Assembly (NCBI GenBank): GCA_965223005.1
Contig: CBDCVK010000010.1
Span: 1,472,001 to 1,536,000, forward strand
Origin: Terriglobia bacterium
GTDB lineage: Bacteria > Acidobacteriota > Terriglobia > JAJPHL01 > JAPKYU01
Direction of reading: 5' to 3'
DNA length: 64,000 nucleotides
Part shown: in pieces, positions 1 to 10,392 of the stretch
Layout: each line of letters opens with the position of its first letter
Position numbering within the stretch: position 1 is the stretch's first letter
Notes under the pieces: model-generated
Database searches by the model: none
Told to the model about the DNA's origin: nothing
Seen by the model: the letters and a program-made list of their open reading frames with translations, nothing else
Translations under genes and position numbers: made by a program

Positions 1-1014
1 GCAGACGCCTACGGCCACGGCTCGGTCGAGGTGGCAGGGGCGCTGGCCGAGGAGGGGGCCGACTGGTTCGGCGTCACCTGCGCTTCCGAGGCGACGCCGC
101 TACGCCGCGCCGGCCTGACCCAGCCGATCCTGCTGTTTAGCGGCTTCTGGCCGGGCGAGGAAGAGCTGTTGTTCGAGCAGCGGCTAACCCCGACTGTGTT
201 CGCCGAGCCACACCTGTGTCTACTTGACGCCTGCGCCCGAAAGCGCGGCGTCCGGCTTCCTGTTCATCTCAAAGTGGATACCGGAATGACCCGCCTGGGC
301 ATCGCCGCCTCCGAGCTGGCCCTGTTCCTGGAGCTTCTGCGCACCTGCACGCATCTCCAGCTCGAAGGCCTCTACACTCATCTGGCCTCGGCCGAAGAGC
401 CTTCGCTGGAGCAAACCCGCCAGCAACTGGAGTTGTTCGGGAGCATCCAGCAGCAGGTGAAAGAGGCAGGCTTTCACCCGCCCTACGTCCATCTGGCCAA
501 CAGTACGGCAATGGCCCGCTGTCCCGAATCCTGGGGGACCATGGTGCGGCCGGGGTTGGCGCTCTACGGCTACCAGCTTGGGGAATCCGCGCTGGAGGTG
601 GAGCCGGTGCTAAGTCTGAAGTCGCGGGTGCTTTCCTTACGGTGGGTGCCTGAGGGGACGGCGGTGGGCTATGGCGCTAGCTACGTGACGCCAGCCCGGG
701 CGCGGATTGCCACCGTGGGCGCCGGCTATGCCGATGGTGTCAACCGCTCCCTCTCCAACCGCGGCCGCGCCCTGCTGCGTGGCCTGCCGCGCGGCTGCTT
801 CGCCCCGGTGGTGGGCCGCGTCAGCATGGATTTCACCCTCTTGGACGTGACCGCCATTCCCAACGTCGAAGTAGGCGATGAGGTGGTGTTCATCGGCTGC
901 CAAGGAGCGGCCCAGATCACGGCTGCCGAAATCGCCGAGTGCGCCGGCACCATCCCTTACGAGATCCTCTGCAACATCGGCCCGCGCGTCCCCCACGTCT
1001 ATCTTTCCTCTTGA
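1..1014 (+). CDS. alr: Alanine racemase (5' end outside window)
   Basis: Frame is open from base 1 (ADAYGHG, just after the PLP lysine); HLKVDTGMTRLG, HLANS, MVRPGLALYG, VGYG, GYADG, GRVSMD and TIPYEILC motifs. Confidence 0.96.
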   Translation, partial: ADAYGHGSVEVAGALAEEGADWFGVTCASEATPLRRAGLTQPILLFSGFWPGEEELLFEQRLTPTVFAEPHLCLLDACARKRGVRLPVHLKVDTGMTRLGIAASELALFLELLRTCTHLQLEGLYTHLASAEEPSLEQTRQQLELFGSIQQQVKEAGFHPPYVHLANSTAMARCPESWGTMVRPGLALYGYQLGESALEVEPVLSLKSRVLSLRWVPEGTAVGYGASYVTPARARIATVGAGYADGVNRSLSNRGRALLRGLPRGCFAPVVGRVSMDFTLLDVTAIPNVEVGDEVVFIGCQGAAQITAAEIAECAGTIPYEILCNIGPRVPHVYLSS

Positions 1015-1219
1015 TTGTGGATATTCCAGTGCTCCCAGGAAGTCGCGCTCGCCCAGCCCCCAAAGTAAGTTCCGACAGCTCCGCACCGGCGCCCGTAGGA
1101 ACGCTCTGATCCAAGAAGGAAATTTCTTTCCCCCTCGGGATACCCTTTAGTATCCTGAGTCCCTAGTGTGCCGGTTCGCAGATGTGTTCCAGGCCGGTTA
1201 TAGAGTGCGAGGAGGCGAT

Positions 1220-2266
1220 ATGGAAGAGAAATCAAGACGGGATTTTCTGCGCGACGCTGTAGCGGTAACCTCAGTGGCTGTCTTGGCCGAGGAATTCATC
1301 GCGCAGACTGCCAGCGCCACAGCGTCTGGGCTGCCCACGCGCCCGCTGGGCAAGACCGGGCTTCGGGTGTCGATTGTTGGTCTGGGGGGCGGGCATATTG
1401 GCGCGCTCAACGACGACAGCCTGGCCATCCGAATTATGCACGCGGCGATTGACGAGGGGCTCACCTTCTTCGACAACGCTTGGGAGTACTCCGGTGGGGT
1501 CGCCGAGGAACGAATGGGCCGGGCCCTCGCCATGGATCGCCGCCGCGACAAGGTCTTCCTGATGACCAAGGACTGCGAGCGTGATTACCAGGGCTCGATG
1601 AGAAACCTGGAGGAGAGTCTTCGACGCTTGCGGACGGACTACCTCGACCTCTGGCAATTCCATGAGATTAACTACCACAACGATCCTGACTGGGCCTTCG
1701 ATAGAGGCGCAATCCGGGCCGGCCTGGAAGCGAAAAAAGCGGGCAAGGTGCGGTTCATCGGATTCACCGGGCACAAGGATCCGCTCATTCACCTGAAAAT
1801 GATCTCCAAACCCTACCCTTGGGACGCGGTCCAGATGCCGATCAACGTGATGGACGCGCACTATCGGAGCTTCCTAAATGAAGTCGTCCCAGTGTGTTTG
1901 AAAAGCAAGATTGGCGTGCTCGGAATGAAGGGCCTGGCCGGCGGCAGGCCCGAGGGTCGGCTAACGTCGGAAGCCGGGCTGAGCGCAACGGACTGCTATC
2001 GGTTTTGCCTGAGCCAGCCGGTATCCACTCAGATCCTGGGAATCACCACCATGGAACAGTTAAACGAGAATGTCGCGATGGCCCGACATTTCAAGCCAAT
2101 GTCTGGGGAGGAAAAGAACGCTTTGATGGCCCGCGTGAAAGACGAAGCGACCGACGGACGCCACGAATTGTTCAAAAGCAGCAAACAGTTCGATAGTACG
2201 CATCACCGGCTACAGCACGGCTTCGAGGCGAGGGCGGCGATTGATGACCCTCAGCATGCCTCTTGA
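1220..2266 (+). CDS. Aldo/keto reductase with Tat-type signal
   Basis: SRRDFL twin-arginine motif; FFDNAWEY, SLRRLRTDYLDLWQFH, GKVRFIGFTGH; GGAGG RBS before ATG 1220. Confidence 0.9.
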   Translation: MEEKSRRDFLRDAVAVTSVAVLAEEFIAQTASATASGLPTRPLGKTGLRVSIVGLGGGHIGALNDDSLAIRIMHAAIDEGLTFFDNAWEYSGGVAEERMGRALAMDRRRDKVFLMTKDCERDYQGSMRNLEESLRRLRTDYLDLWQFHEINYHNDPDWAFDRGAIRAGLEAKKAGKVRFIGFTGHKDPLIHLKMISKPYPWDAVQMPINVMDAHYRSFLNEVVPVCLKSKIGVLGMKGLAGGRPEGRLTSEAGLSATDCYRFCLSQPVSTQILGITTMEQLNENVAMARHFKPMSGEEKNALMARVKDEATDGRHELFKSSKQFDSTHHRLQHGFEARAAIDDPQHAS

Positions 2267-2390
2267 GGCTGAAGGAGATCACTCCAGCCCGATCCTGACT
2301 TAAATGACTTGGTACTTCCGACAGCGCGCGCCACTAGCACTGTCTCGCCCATAGAATCAAGTTCGTCCGGTGTTATACTGAGGCTAAAGA

Positions 2391-3578
2391 ATGGCAAGTA
2401 ATTTGCCGACGAAAGTTCCGGCCGGTATTTCAGCGCCGGAACGGAAAGGGGTTACTGTGCTTGACCTTGCGATTGTAAGGGCAGTGTTCGCCGCCGTCCT
2501 CACCGTCGCTTGCTACTACTTCCGTCCTTTTGGGCTTGGCGCGGAGTCTGCCTTGCTTGTGGGCCTGGCGCTTTCAGCAGCTATCATCAGTTTTGAAATT
2601 CGATTAAGGCGCGCCAGCCTGACCCGGTTGATCGGCGCGGCGGTGGGTTCCACGTTGGGAATCCTCGGCGCCTTCCTGATCAGCCTGGTGATCGGACACG
2701 CCGTGAACGAGCCCACCACGAAGTCCTTCCTGCAGGTGATGACGCTCCTGCTGATGGGCTACGTGGGGCTGGTAGTGGGAGCGAGCAAAGGCGACTTGCT
2801 GAACCTGGCCGCCTTGGGGGACCTGTTTGGCAGCGAGAAGCAGGTCAGGGAGTCTCTTAAAGTGCTGGACACCAGCGTCATCATTGACGGCCGCATCGCT
2901 GACATCTGCGAGACCGGTTTTGTGGACGGCGTCCTGGTGATCCCGCGGTTTGTGCTGCGCGAGCTGCAACTGGTGGCCGACTCGGCCGACTCCCTGAAGC
3001 GCAACCGTGGCCGTCGCGGTCTCGACGTGCTGCAACACATCCAGAAGATGGCCGAATTGCAGATACGGATCGTCGAGGACGACTTCCTGCACATCCGCGA
3101 AGTGGACATGAAGCTGATCGAATTGGCCAAGAGGTACGACGCCAAGATCGTCACCAACGACTTTAACCTGAACAAGGTGGCCCAAGTGCAGGGCGTCCCG
3201 GTGTTGAACATCAACGAGCTGGCTAATTCCCTGAAGCCGATTGTCTTGCCGGGCGAGACCATGAGGGTGTTCATCCTGAAAGAAGGCAAGGAGCACAACC
3301 AGGGAGTGGCCTATCTGGACGACGGGACGATGGTCGTGGTGGACAATGCCAGGAAGATGATCAGCAGGACCATAGACATCACGGTCACTTCAGTGCTGCA
3401 GACGACGGCCGGCAAGATGATTTTCGGTAAGTACGACGAGCGGACGCATCACCGCCCAGCTCCCGCAGCTGGCGGGAGCAGCCCGGAAAGCCCCGGAGCG
3501 GCTTATCCCTCTGGAGTTGGTGGGCGTTCTCAACACCGCGAGCGTTCCGAACCCACGAATCTGTCGGAACGGCTGTGA
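2391..3578 (+). CDS. Membrane PIN/TRAM-domain protein (YacL family)
   Basis: Four N-terminal TM segments; LDTSVIIDGRI, TNDFNLNKVA, QGVAYLDDGTMVVV, TSVLQTTAGKMIF; directly upstream of ispD-ispF. Confidence 0.93.
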   Translation: MASNLPTKVPAGISAPERKGVTVLDLAIVRAVFAAVLTVACYYFRPFGLGAESALLVGLALSAAIISFEIRLRRASLTRLIGAAVGSTLGILGAFLISLVIGHAVNEPTTKSFLQVMTLLLMGYVGLVVGASKGDLLNLAALGDLFGSEKQVRESLKVLDTSVIIDGRIADICETGFVDGVLVIPRFVLRELQLVADSADSLKRNRGRRGLDVLQHIQKMAELQIRIVEDDFLHIREVDMKLIELAKRYDAKIVTNDFNLNKVAQVQGVPVLNINELANSLKPIVLPGETMRVFILKEGKEHNQGVAYLDDGTMVVVDNARKMISRTIDITVTSVLQTTAGKMIFGKYDERTHHRPAPAAGGSSPESPGAAYPSGVGGRSQHRERSEPTNLSERL

Positions 3579-4336
3579 AGGTCGCTGCCATCATTCCGGC
3601 AGCGGGGATGGGGACGCGGATGGCGTTGATGCCGGGAGCCTCGGCTCGCTCCGGGGTACCCCGCGCGGGCGTGGAGGTGGCCGCCGGCTCCCCCCGCAAG
3701 CAGTTCCTGCTGTTGGACGGCGTACCGATCCTGATCTATACCCTGCGGAAGTTCGCGTCCTGCCGGCTGGTGGGGCGGATGTACGTGGCCGTCCGACCTG
3801 AAGACCAAGCCGTCTTTGTGCCGGCTCTGGAGCGCGAGCCCTTCGCCGCCCAGGTGGAAGTGGTGCCCGGCGGCGACTACCGCCAGGAATCGGTGGAGAA
3901 CTGCCTGCTATGCATCTCGCCCGATACCGATCTGGTGGTGGTGCATGATGCGGTGCGCCCTTTCGTAGAAGGCAGCGCCATCGAACGGGTGATTCAGGAG
4001 GGGGAAAAGACCGGGGCCGCCATCCTCGGCATTCCCAGCGTGGATACGGTGAAGCAGGTCGAACGGACCCGGGTGCTGGGAACGATCCCTCGTGAGCGGA
4101 TTGTGCTGGCCCAAACCCCGCAGGTGTTCCGCCACGCGCTCCTGAAACAAGCCTTCGAACGGGCGGCGGAGGACGGCTTCCAGGCCACCGACGAGGCCAG
4201 CCTGGTGGAACACCTGGGCGCGGAAGTTAGCGTGGTCATGGGATCGGACCGCAACATCAAGGTCACCAAACCCGGTGATTTGGAACTGGCCCGCCTATTC
4301 CTGTCGGAGGAGCGCGCTCGCGCCAGCCTTGCCTGA
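3575..4336 (+). CDS. ispD: 2-C-methyl-D-erythritol 4-phosphate cytidylyltransferase
   Basis: PAAGMGTRM, KQF, RQESV, VHDAVRP, AQTPQVF, TDEA, NIKVT. Confidence 0.95.
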   Translation: MKVAAIIPAAGMGTRMALMPGASARSGVPRAGVEVAAGSPRKQFLLLDGVPILIYTLRKFASCRLVGRMYVAVRPEDQAVFVPALEREPFAAQVEVVPGGDYRQESVENCLLCISPDTDLVVVHDAVRPFVEGSAIERVIQEGEKTGAAILGIPSVDTVKQVERTRVLGTIPRERIVLAQTPQVFRHALLKQAFERAAEDGFQATDEASLVEHLGAEVSVVMGSDRNIKVTKPGDLELARLFLSEERARASLA

Positions 4337-4349
4337 GGTTCCTCCCGCC

Positions 4350-4829
4350 ATGATTCGTGTGGGGATCGGCTACGACTCGCACCGGCTGGTGGAAGGGCGC
4401 AAACTCATCCTTGGATTAGTCGAGATTCCCTTCGAGCGGGGCTTGGCAGGACACAGCGACGGCGATGTGCTTTCCCATGCCATTGCCGATGCGCTGCTCG
4501 GCGCCGCCGGATTAGGCGACCTGGGCCGCCATTTCCCGGACACCGACCCGGCCTTCCGCGGGGCCTCCAGTACCCTGTTCTTCTCCAAGGTCCTTGCCCT
4601 GCTGGCGGAGAAGGGCTACCGTCCGGCGTCAGTGGACGCGGTGGTGATCCTGGAACGTCCCCGGCTGGCCCCGCACCAGCAGGCTGTTGGTTCGGCGCTA
4701 GCCGCGGCTCTGCACCTGGCTCCGGAAAACGTCAACGTCAAGGCGAAAACGGCCGAGGGCCTGGGCGAGATCGGGCGCGGGGAGGCAGCCGCGGCGCACG
4801 CGATTGCAGTGATTGAACCACTCCGCTGA
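4350..4829 (+). CDS. ispF: 2-C-methyl-D-erythritol 2,4-cyclodiphosphate synthase
   Basis: RVGIGYDSH, GHSDGDV, DALLGAAGLGDLG-HFPD, NVKAKT; start taken at ATG 4350. Confidence 0.95.
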   Translation: MIRVGIGYDSHRLVEGRKLILGLVEIPFERGLAGHSDGDVLSHAIADALLGAAGLGDLGRHFPDTDPAFRGASSTLFFSKVLALLAEKGYRPASVDAVVILERPRLAPHQQAVGSALAAALHLAPENVNVKAKTAEGLGEIGRGEAAAAHAIAVIEPLR

Positions 4830-4936
4830 GCCGGTCCACTGGCCCGTCGCCTCGGGCGCGCTGATTCGCCGGGTCGACAGACGGCGTCAGCATTCACTTC
4901 GGAACAACATGCAGGCAACGGTTCTTGAGCACCTTG

Positions 4937-6013
4937 TCAGGGCGCGGCGTCCTCAAAGTCGATCTTGGTGTCGGCGGTGAAGCGCCGGTACTGGCGGAAT
5001 TGAATCTCGTTGCGGGTGGCGACGCGTCCTTCGTCCATTTCCATCACGGCACGGGACGGCAGCAGGAAGGAGCGCCCGGCGATGGTGGCGTAATCGTAGT
5101 CCAGAGTGGTGGAGGCAGCGCGGATGGGAAAGTCGCGGGGGATCTCCTCGGCTTCGATCGAGAGACGCAGCACCTGGTGATTCTCTGCGTCCACGACCAC
5201 CTGGCCCCCGTACGGGGGAACGATAGTGAGCTCGTTGTTCCAGGTGATACGCCAGCGGGAACGGTCTTCTGCCACGCGGTATTCGTACTCGTAGACCGCA
5301 CGACCACGGAGGGAAGCCGGCCCCACCCAGGCGAAGCGAGTTCGGGTCTTCGGCAGGAACAGGTTGTGGAGTAGACTTCCAAATTCGCCAGTGGAGGTGG
5401 CGCCGCCCAGTGATTCATAGCTGCGGTTGGTGATCTGGTCGTTGATGGTCACCACCTGATAGCTTTCCCGGTGCTCATTGTAGGTGAGCCGCAACTGAAT
5501 GGTGTCCAGGGTCCTCCAATAGCCGCTGCCGTCCAGGTTCACCTTGCGTTTGGTGACCTGCACGCAGATGAAGTTGGGCAGCTTGTCCGTGTATTGGAGG
5601 GCATTTTGGCGCACCTGCTCCAGTAGGCGAGTTTGCTCTGAGGGATCGAGCGGCGGAGGTTTTGGGCCCGCTTTGGGAGCCGGCGCCGGGCGGGCGCCAC
5701 CGCTGCGATGCTTCAATTCCTCGGCTGCCTGATCCAGGGCCTCCAGCAACGCGGTGCTGGCTCCCTGTTTCTTCAGTTCCTTGCGGATGGACTTGGTGAG
5801 CAAGAAGCCGATCCCGCGGCTCTGGACCATTTCCAGCACCTGCTCCTTGCTGAACAGACCCTTGCTGCGCACCAGGAGGAACAGTTCGTCCCGGCTGATC
5901 GATGGGTCTGGGCTCTCCTGCGCCGCAGGCACGTTCTGGGGCGCGAGAAGGAGCAGGGACACCAACAGAAAAACCACGGCATCCCTAGGATACCACCGAC
6001 GGCAGGCAAACAT
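4937..6013 (-). CDS. Exported hypothetical protein (small helical domain, Pro linker, beta-rich C-terminal domain)
   Basis: Signal-like hydrophobic stretch; LPNFICVQ...GEFGSLL...FLLP...FRQYRRF pattern recalled from Acidobacteria hypothetical proteins; start uncertain. Confidence 0.75.
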   Translation of the reverse strand: MFACRRWYPRDAVVFLLVSLLLLAPQNVPAAQESPDPSISRDELFLLVRSKGLFSKEQVLEMVQSRGIGFLLTKSIRKELKKQGASTALLEALDQAAEELKHRSGGARPAPAPKAGPKPPPLDPSEQTRLLEQVRQNALQYTDKLPNFICVQVTKRKVNLDGSGYWRTLDTIQLRLTYNEHRESYQVVTINDQITNRSYESLGGATSTGEFGSLLHNLFLPKTRTRFAWVGPASLRGRAVYEYEYRVAEDRSRWRITWNNELTIVPPYGGQVVVDAENHQVLRLSIEAEEIPRDFPIRAASTTLDYDYATIAGRSFLLPSRAVMEMDEGRVATRNEIQFRQYRRFTADTKIDFEDAAP

Positions 6014-6129
6014 AGGCACGTCTCCGATCTTGGCAGCATTGACGCCCTGTGCCCTCAATCATAGAATTTGTTCCTTGGGTAAGGTTTGGAATGGAACTAT
6101 AGATCGGTGAACCATGGATCGGTGAATCA

Positions 6130-6978
6130 ATGGTCCGAGTCTCCACCATCGGGTATTTGAACACGGTGCCGCTCACCTGGAGCCTGCTGCGGCAGCGCGC
6201 GGACGAGCTGGAATTCAGCTTCACCGTGCCCTCGCAATGCGCCGAGCAGGTCGCAAACGGGCAGGCCGACGTGGGCTTGATTCCCTCCATCGAATACGCG
6301 CGAATTCCCGGGCTGGCGGTGCTGGCGGGTCCGGTGATCGCCAGCCGTACGCAGGTACGCAGCATCCTGCTGCTGGCGGCCGGCCCACTGGAGAAGATTC
6401 GGACTGTTGCCGCCGACACTTCTTCGCGGACCACCGTGGCTCTGGCGGATCTATTGCTGCGCTGCCGCTACGGCACCCGCGTCGAAATGGCGCCCTGCTC
6501 TCCCGAGCCGGCCAGCATGTTGGAGCGCTGCGATGCCGCGGTGCTGATTGGTGACCCGGCGCTGCGCTACGGGCTGCGGCCCCTGCCCGGCATCCGCGCC
6601 ATAGACCTGGTGGCCGAATGGCGTGCCTGGACCGGCCTGCCGTTTGTGTTCGCTTTTTGGGTGGCGCGGCAGGAGGTCGCCAGCCCGGAACTGGCCCAGC
6701 TTTTCCTGGAGGCGCGCGAGCGGGGCCTGGCCGCGATCGCTCAGATTGTTCATGAGGAAGCACGCAGCCGCAGCCTGCCGGAATCTGTGGTACAGGAATA
6801 CCTCTGTCGCAATCTCTGCTACGATATGGACGCGGAGTGCCGGGCCGGGCTGGATCACTTTTACCGCCTGGCGGCCGAGCACGGTGTGATTCCAAACGTC
6901 CCGCGCCTGCACATGGTGCTGCCGGAAAGCGTATCGCGGGCCGCGGCGGGCTCGGCCTCCTTGGACAACACTCAATGA
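6130..6978 (+). CDS. mqnA: Chorismate dehydratase (futalosine pathway)
   Basis: IGYLNTVPL, SSRTT, VLIGDPAL, WTGLPFVFAFW; overlaps mqnC (ATGA). Confidence 0.92.
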   Translation: MVRVSTIGYLNTVPLTWSLLRQRADELEFSFTVPSQCAEQVANGQADVGLIPSIEYARIPGLAVLAGPVIASRTQVRSILLLAAGPLEKIRTVAADTSSRTTVALADLLLRCRYGTRVEMAPCSPEPASMLERCDAAVLIGDPALRYGLRPLPGIRAIDLVAEWRAWTGLPFVFAFWVARQEVASPELAQLFLEARERGLAAIAQIVHEEARSRSLPESVVQEYLCRNLCYDMDAECRAGLDHFYRLAAEHGVIPNVPRLHMVLPESVSRAAAGSASLDNTQ

Positions 6979-8006
6979 CGGAAGCGGAAGCCCTGGATCT
7001 GTTTCAAAGCGATGACCTGATCGGGATCGGCCTGGCTGCCGACGCCGTGCGTCGCCGCCTGCATCCGGACGGCGTTGTCACCTATCTGATTGACCGCAAC
7101 ATCAACTACACCAACCTCTGCACCGAATACTGCTCCTTCTGCGCCTTTTACCGCCCGATGGACTCCAGCGAAGGCTACCTGCTGTCACAAGCAACGATGT
7201 TCCACAAGATCCAGGAGACGCTGGCTCTGGGCGGGACGGGTGTCCTGATGCAGGGCGGGCTGCACCGCGACCTGAAGATCGAGTGGTACGAGGAGTTGTT
7301 GTCGGCCATTCGGCAGCGCTTTCCGCGCGTGCACCTGCATTGTTTCTCAGCTCCTGAAATCTTGAACATCGCCCAGATCAGCGGGCTGACCATTCGCGAC
7401 ACGATCGCCCGGCTGAAGGACTCCGGGCTGGATTCGATCCCGGGCGGCGGAGCCGAAATCCTGGACGACGAGGTGCGGTGGCGCATCAGTCGCCTGAAGT
7501 GCACCACCGAAGAGTGGCTCACGGTGCACCGCACCGCGCACGCGCTCGGGTTGAGCACTACGGCCACCATGATGTTCGGCTGCGGGGAAACCTACGCGCA
7601 CCGCGTCCGCCACTTCCTGCGCATTCGGCAATTGCAGCAGGACACCGGCGGGTTCACCGCCTTCATCCCCTGGATCTTCCAGCGCACCAACACGCCGCTG
7701 GGCAGCTTCATCAAGGAAGAAGCCACTGCAGTGGAGTACTTGAAGACCCTAGCCATCGCCCGCCTGTTCCTGGACGACATCCACAACGTGCAGGCTTCCT
7801 GGCTGACACCGGGCCTGAAGATGGGCCAGATCGCCCTGCGCTTTGGTGGCAACGATCTGGGCAGCATCCTGATCGAGGAGAATGTCGTTTCCGCGGCCGG
7901 CTGCGAGAACCGTACCAACGAAGAAGAGTTGCGCCGCATCATCCGCGACGCCGGTTTCCGGCCCGTGCAGCGCGACACCCTCTACCGTGTCTACTTCCTG
8001 AAATGA
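6975..8006 (+). CDS. mqnC: Cyclic dehypoxanthine futalosine synthase (radical SAM)
   Basis: DRNINYTNLCTEYCSFCAF (CxxxCxxC), QGG, IPGGGAEIL, ATMMFG, IEENVV. Confidence 0.92.
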   Translation: MTEAEALDLFQSDDLIGIGLAADAVRRRLHPDGVVTYLIDRNINYTNLCTEYCSFCAFYRPMDSSEGYLLSQATMFHKIQETLALGGTGVLMQGGLHRDLKIEWYEELLSAIRQRFPRVHLHCFSAPEILNIAQISGLTIRDTIARLKDSGLDSIPGGGAEILDDEVRWRISRLKCTTEEWLTVHRTAHALGLSTTATMMFGCGETYAHRVRHFLRIRQLQQDTGGFTAFIPWIFQRTNTPLGSFIKEEATAVEYLKTLAIARLFLDDIHNVQASWLTPGLKMGQIALRFGGNDLGSILIEENVVSAAGCENRTNEEELRRIIRDAGFRPVQRDTLYRVYFLK

Positions 8007-8698
8007 GCCGTGGACAGGCCCATTCCCGCACCCTCAGTCTTCCATCGGTGTTGGCCTCGACGTTGACCCTGAGCTTTTTGCTGTCGCTTCTGCTGGTGCC
8101 ACCCTCACTTCGGGGCCAGCAATCCGGTTCCGGCGAAGACGTCAACGCATGGAAATACAAGCACCTGGCGGTGGTGGTCCACAATTCCGGCGCCCACCGA
8201 TCGATGGCACTCTATTGCATTGATGTCCTGAACCAGCTGGCGGGGATCAAACCGCCTCCAGTGTCGGTCAGCCTGTTTGGGTTTGAGGAAGCGTTCCGGC
8301 AACTGGAAGGAGGACGTTTTGCCCGCAAAGTCCGCCTGCTCCTGCCCGACACGACCAGCGCCGAAGCCATGCGTGAGGCGGCCGATGAGCTGGTATTCCG
8401 TGGCCCCTCTCCGGTGTATGACGCTGTGGACGCCGCTTTGAATGCTGCAACTGAGCACCCCGCCGCCGCCGTGCTGCTCCTGTCGAACGCGATTGACAAT
8501 GCCAGCGCCGCTTCGTTCAAGGACCTGGCTCGCCGCGCGAAGAAGACTGGCGTGCCCATCCTCGCGGTTTACCTTCCCACCAACCCGCCGCAAAAAGGTC
8601 CCTCCCGCATGCGCCGTCTGGCCAAGGTTTCCGGCGGCCGCTTCATTGACGCGAGCGCCGAAGATGCCTGGCAGCAACTGCTGGCCGCGTTGCGCTGA
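8003..8698 (+). CDS. Exported VWA-like domain protein
   Basis: Signal peptide; SPVYDAV, VLLLSNAIDNAS, RRLAKVSGG resemble a degenerate VWA fold; ATGA overlap with mqnC. Confidence 0.6.
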   Translation: MSRGQAHSRTLSLPSVLASTLTLSFLLSLLLVPPSLRGQQSGSGEDVNAWKYKHLAVVVHNSGAHRSMALYCIDVLNQLAGIKPPPVSVSLFGFEEAFRQLEGGRFARKVRLLLPDTTSAEAMREAADELVFRGPSPVYDAVDAALNAATEHPAAAVLLLSNAIDNASAASFKDLARRAKKTGVPILAVYLPTNPPQKGPSRMRRLAKVSGGRFIDASAEDAWQQLLAALR

Positions 8699-8730
8699 CG
8701 GATTCTGTAGATTAGCCGGAAAGATAGCTG

Positions 8731-9438
8731 CTACGGCTGGCTGGCGGAGGAGGCAGCCCGGAGCTGGGTGACGCGTTCGCGCAATTGCATGGCGTTGTCG
8801 GCGTCCGGATTTCCCCGCAGGTACCACTCCAACGCCTGCGCCTCCTGAAATGGCTGGTTACGGCGACTGTAAAGCTTGGCCAGCTGCAGGTGGACCGCCG
8901 TCAGTGTTCCCGACTTCCGGTAGGCCAGTGCTCGGTTGAAAGCGATTTCGGCCCGGTCCAGCTTACCTTGCCGGAACAGCGCTATACCCAGGTGGAAATG
9001 GGCCCTGGGATCAGCGCTGTTGGCTGCAATTGCTTTCTTCAATGTGGCAACCGCGCGCTTCACATCGCCTTGCGCCAACAGCATGCGGCCTTGAATCGTG
9101 CGGCAGCGCCAGGAGTAGGAATGTTTCTTGACGCAGCGCGCCAGCAGTTCGGCCGCTTCCTGCTGTCGCTGGTCCCGCAAGTACACCTCAGCCAGCACCT
9201 CCAGGGCCTGGCGTTGGGTGGGCTTCCGTTTCAGAACGGCCTGCAACCGATGAATTCCGGCTGCCCGCTGGCCTCGGTTGATCAAGTCGGCGGCAGCTTC
9301 CACCCGAAGGAGGAGCGGATCGGGGTTCCGCAAGTAGGTTTTCTGCCTGGTTTGTGCGCTGGCCCCGGGCTCCATCCACCCCAGGCACACCACCAATCCC
9401 CAGGCCAGACAGAGGCGGCGAGGCCGCCCGTCAGCCAC
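8731..9438 (-). CDS. Exported TPR-repeat protein
   Basis: Signal-like N-terminus and several TPR-like helix pairs (AHFHLGIALFRQGKLDRA); GTG 9438 with GGAGGGG RBS. Confidence 0.8.
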   Translation of the reverse strand: MADGRPRRLCLAWGLVVCLGWMEPGASAQTRQKTYLRNPDPLLLRVEAAADLINRGQRAAGIHRLQAVLKRKPTQRQALEVLAEVYLRDQRQQEAAELLARCVKKHSYSWRCRTIQGRMLLAQGDVKRAVATLKKAIAANSADPRAHFHLGIALFRQGKLDRAEIAFNRALAYRKSGTLTAVHLQLAKLYSRRNQPFQEAQALEWYLRGNPDADNAMQLRERVTQLRAASSASQP

Positions 9439-10204
9439 GGCTCCCCTCCGGCGACACCGCCGGAGCCGGCTGCGGCTCAGGGGGCTTCTGTGACTCATGC
9501 GACGCCACGTAGTAAAGGATCCGGCCGCAGTTCTCGCAGCTCCGAATCTGGTCGTTGGGTCTCACCTCCTGGTAGGCCTGAGGGCGAAGCCGCACGTTGC
9601 ACTCACAGCAGGTACCGTCCCGCAGCGAGGCCACCGCTACCCCTTTTCGGTGGCGTAACAGCGTATCGTAAGAACCCAACACCTCGGGCGATATCTGCCG
9701 GCAATACTCTTCCCGCCGTTGCCGCAACTCGGCCAACGCTTCCTCATCGACCTGGGTCTGGGCAGTGGCTTCCGTCTTCTCTTTCTCCACCGCCTTGCGC
9801 TCGCCCGCCAGTTGCTCTTCCGCCTGCCGAACTCGTCCTTCCAGTTCCTCGGCGGCAATCATCCGCTCCAGGATGGTGTCTTCGATCTTGCGAATTTCCC
9901 CCTCGGCAAACTCGATCTCATGCTGGAGCGCCTTATACTGGTCGTTGGTCTTGACTTCATAAACCTGGTCCTTGTACTTGGAGATTTTCAGCTGGTGCGG
10001 CGAAATTCCACCTTCCAATCTTCGGCGCTCCAGCTGATTGTCAGCCAAGACCTGCCGGTCCCTTTCTAGCTGACGTTGGGCGCCGGCCAGCTTACTTTCG
10101 ATCTGCTGGATATGTCGGGGCAGATAAGCGACTTCTGCGGAGAGGCGTGCGATCTCTCTGTCGACAGCTTGCAACTCGATGGCAAGCTTCAGGTCCGCGT
10201 GCAT
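9431..10204 (-). CDS. Coiled-coil protein with C4 zinc ribbon (DUF164 family)
   Basis: Long coiled coil, KTNDQYKALQHEI, C-terminal CCECNV...CENCGRILYY. Confidence 0.9.
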   Translation of the reverse strand: MHADLKLAIELQAVDREIARLSAEVAYLPRHIQQIESKLAGAQRQLERDRQVLADNQLERRRLEGGISPHQLKISKYKDQVYEVKTNDQYKALQHEIEFAEGEIRKIEDTILERMIAAEELEGRVRQAEEQLAGERKAVEKEKTEATAQTQVDEEALAELRQRREEYCRQISPEVLGSYDTLLRHRKGVAVASLRDGTCCECNVRLRPQAYQEVRPNDQIRSCENCGRILYYVASHESQKPPEPQPAPAVSPEGSRG

Positions 10205-10392
10205 GAAATTCCCGTTGACATCCCAGGCTTGCTCCATTCTAACACGTGCCTGAGTGGTCGCATCCCTCTGCGACTGGGTGTCGTTTCCGCTTTCCTGCGT
10301 TTTTGCGAGGGCTATCGCCCAACCGGATCTGGAAAGCGCCCCTAGTCGCAAGGCCCTAGCCGCAAGGAACGCCGGCTGGTATCGTAGAGTAG

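Noticed and set aside
2391-3578. PIN protein as a toxin-antitoxin toxin
   Set aside because: Membrane PIN/TRAM YacL type in its usual ispD-ispF context; no antitoxin gene
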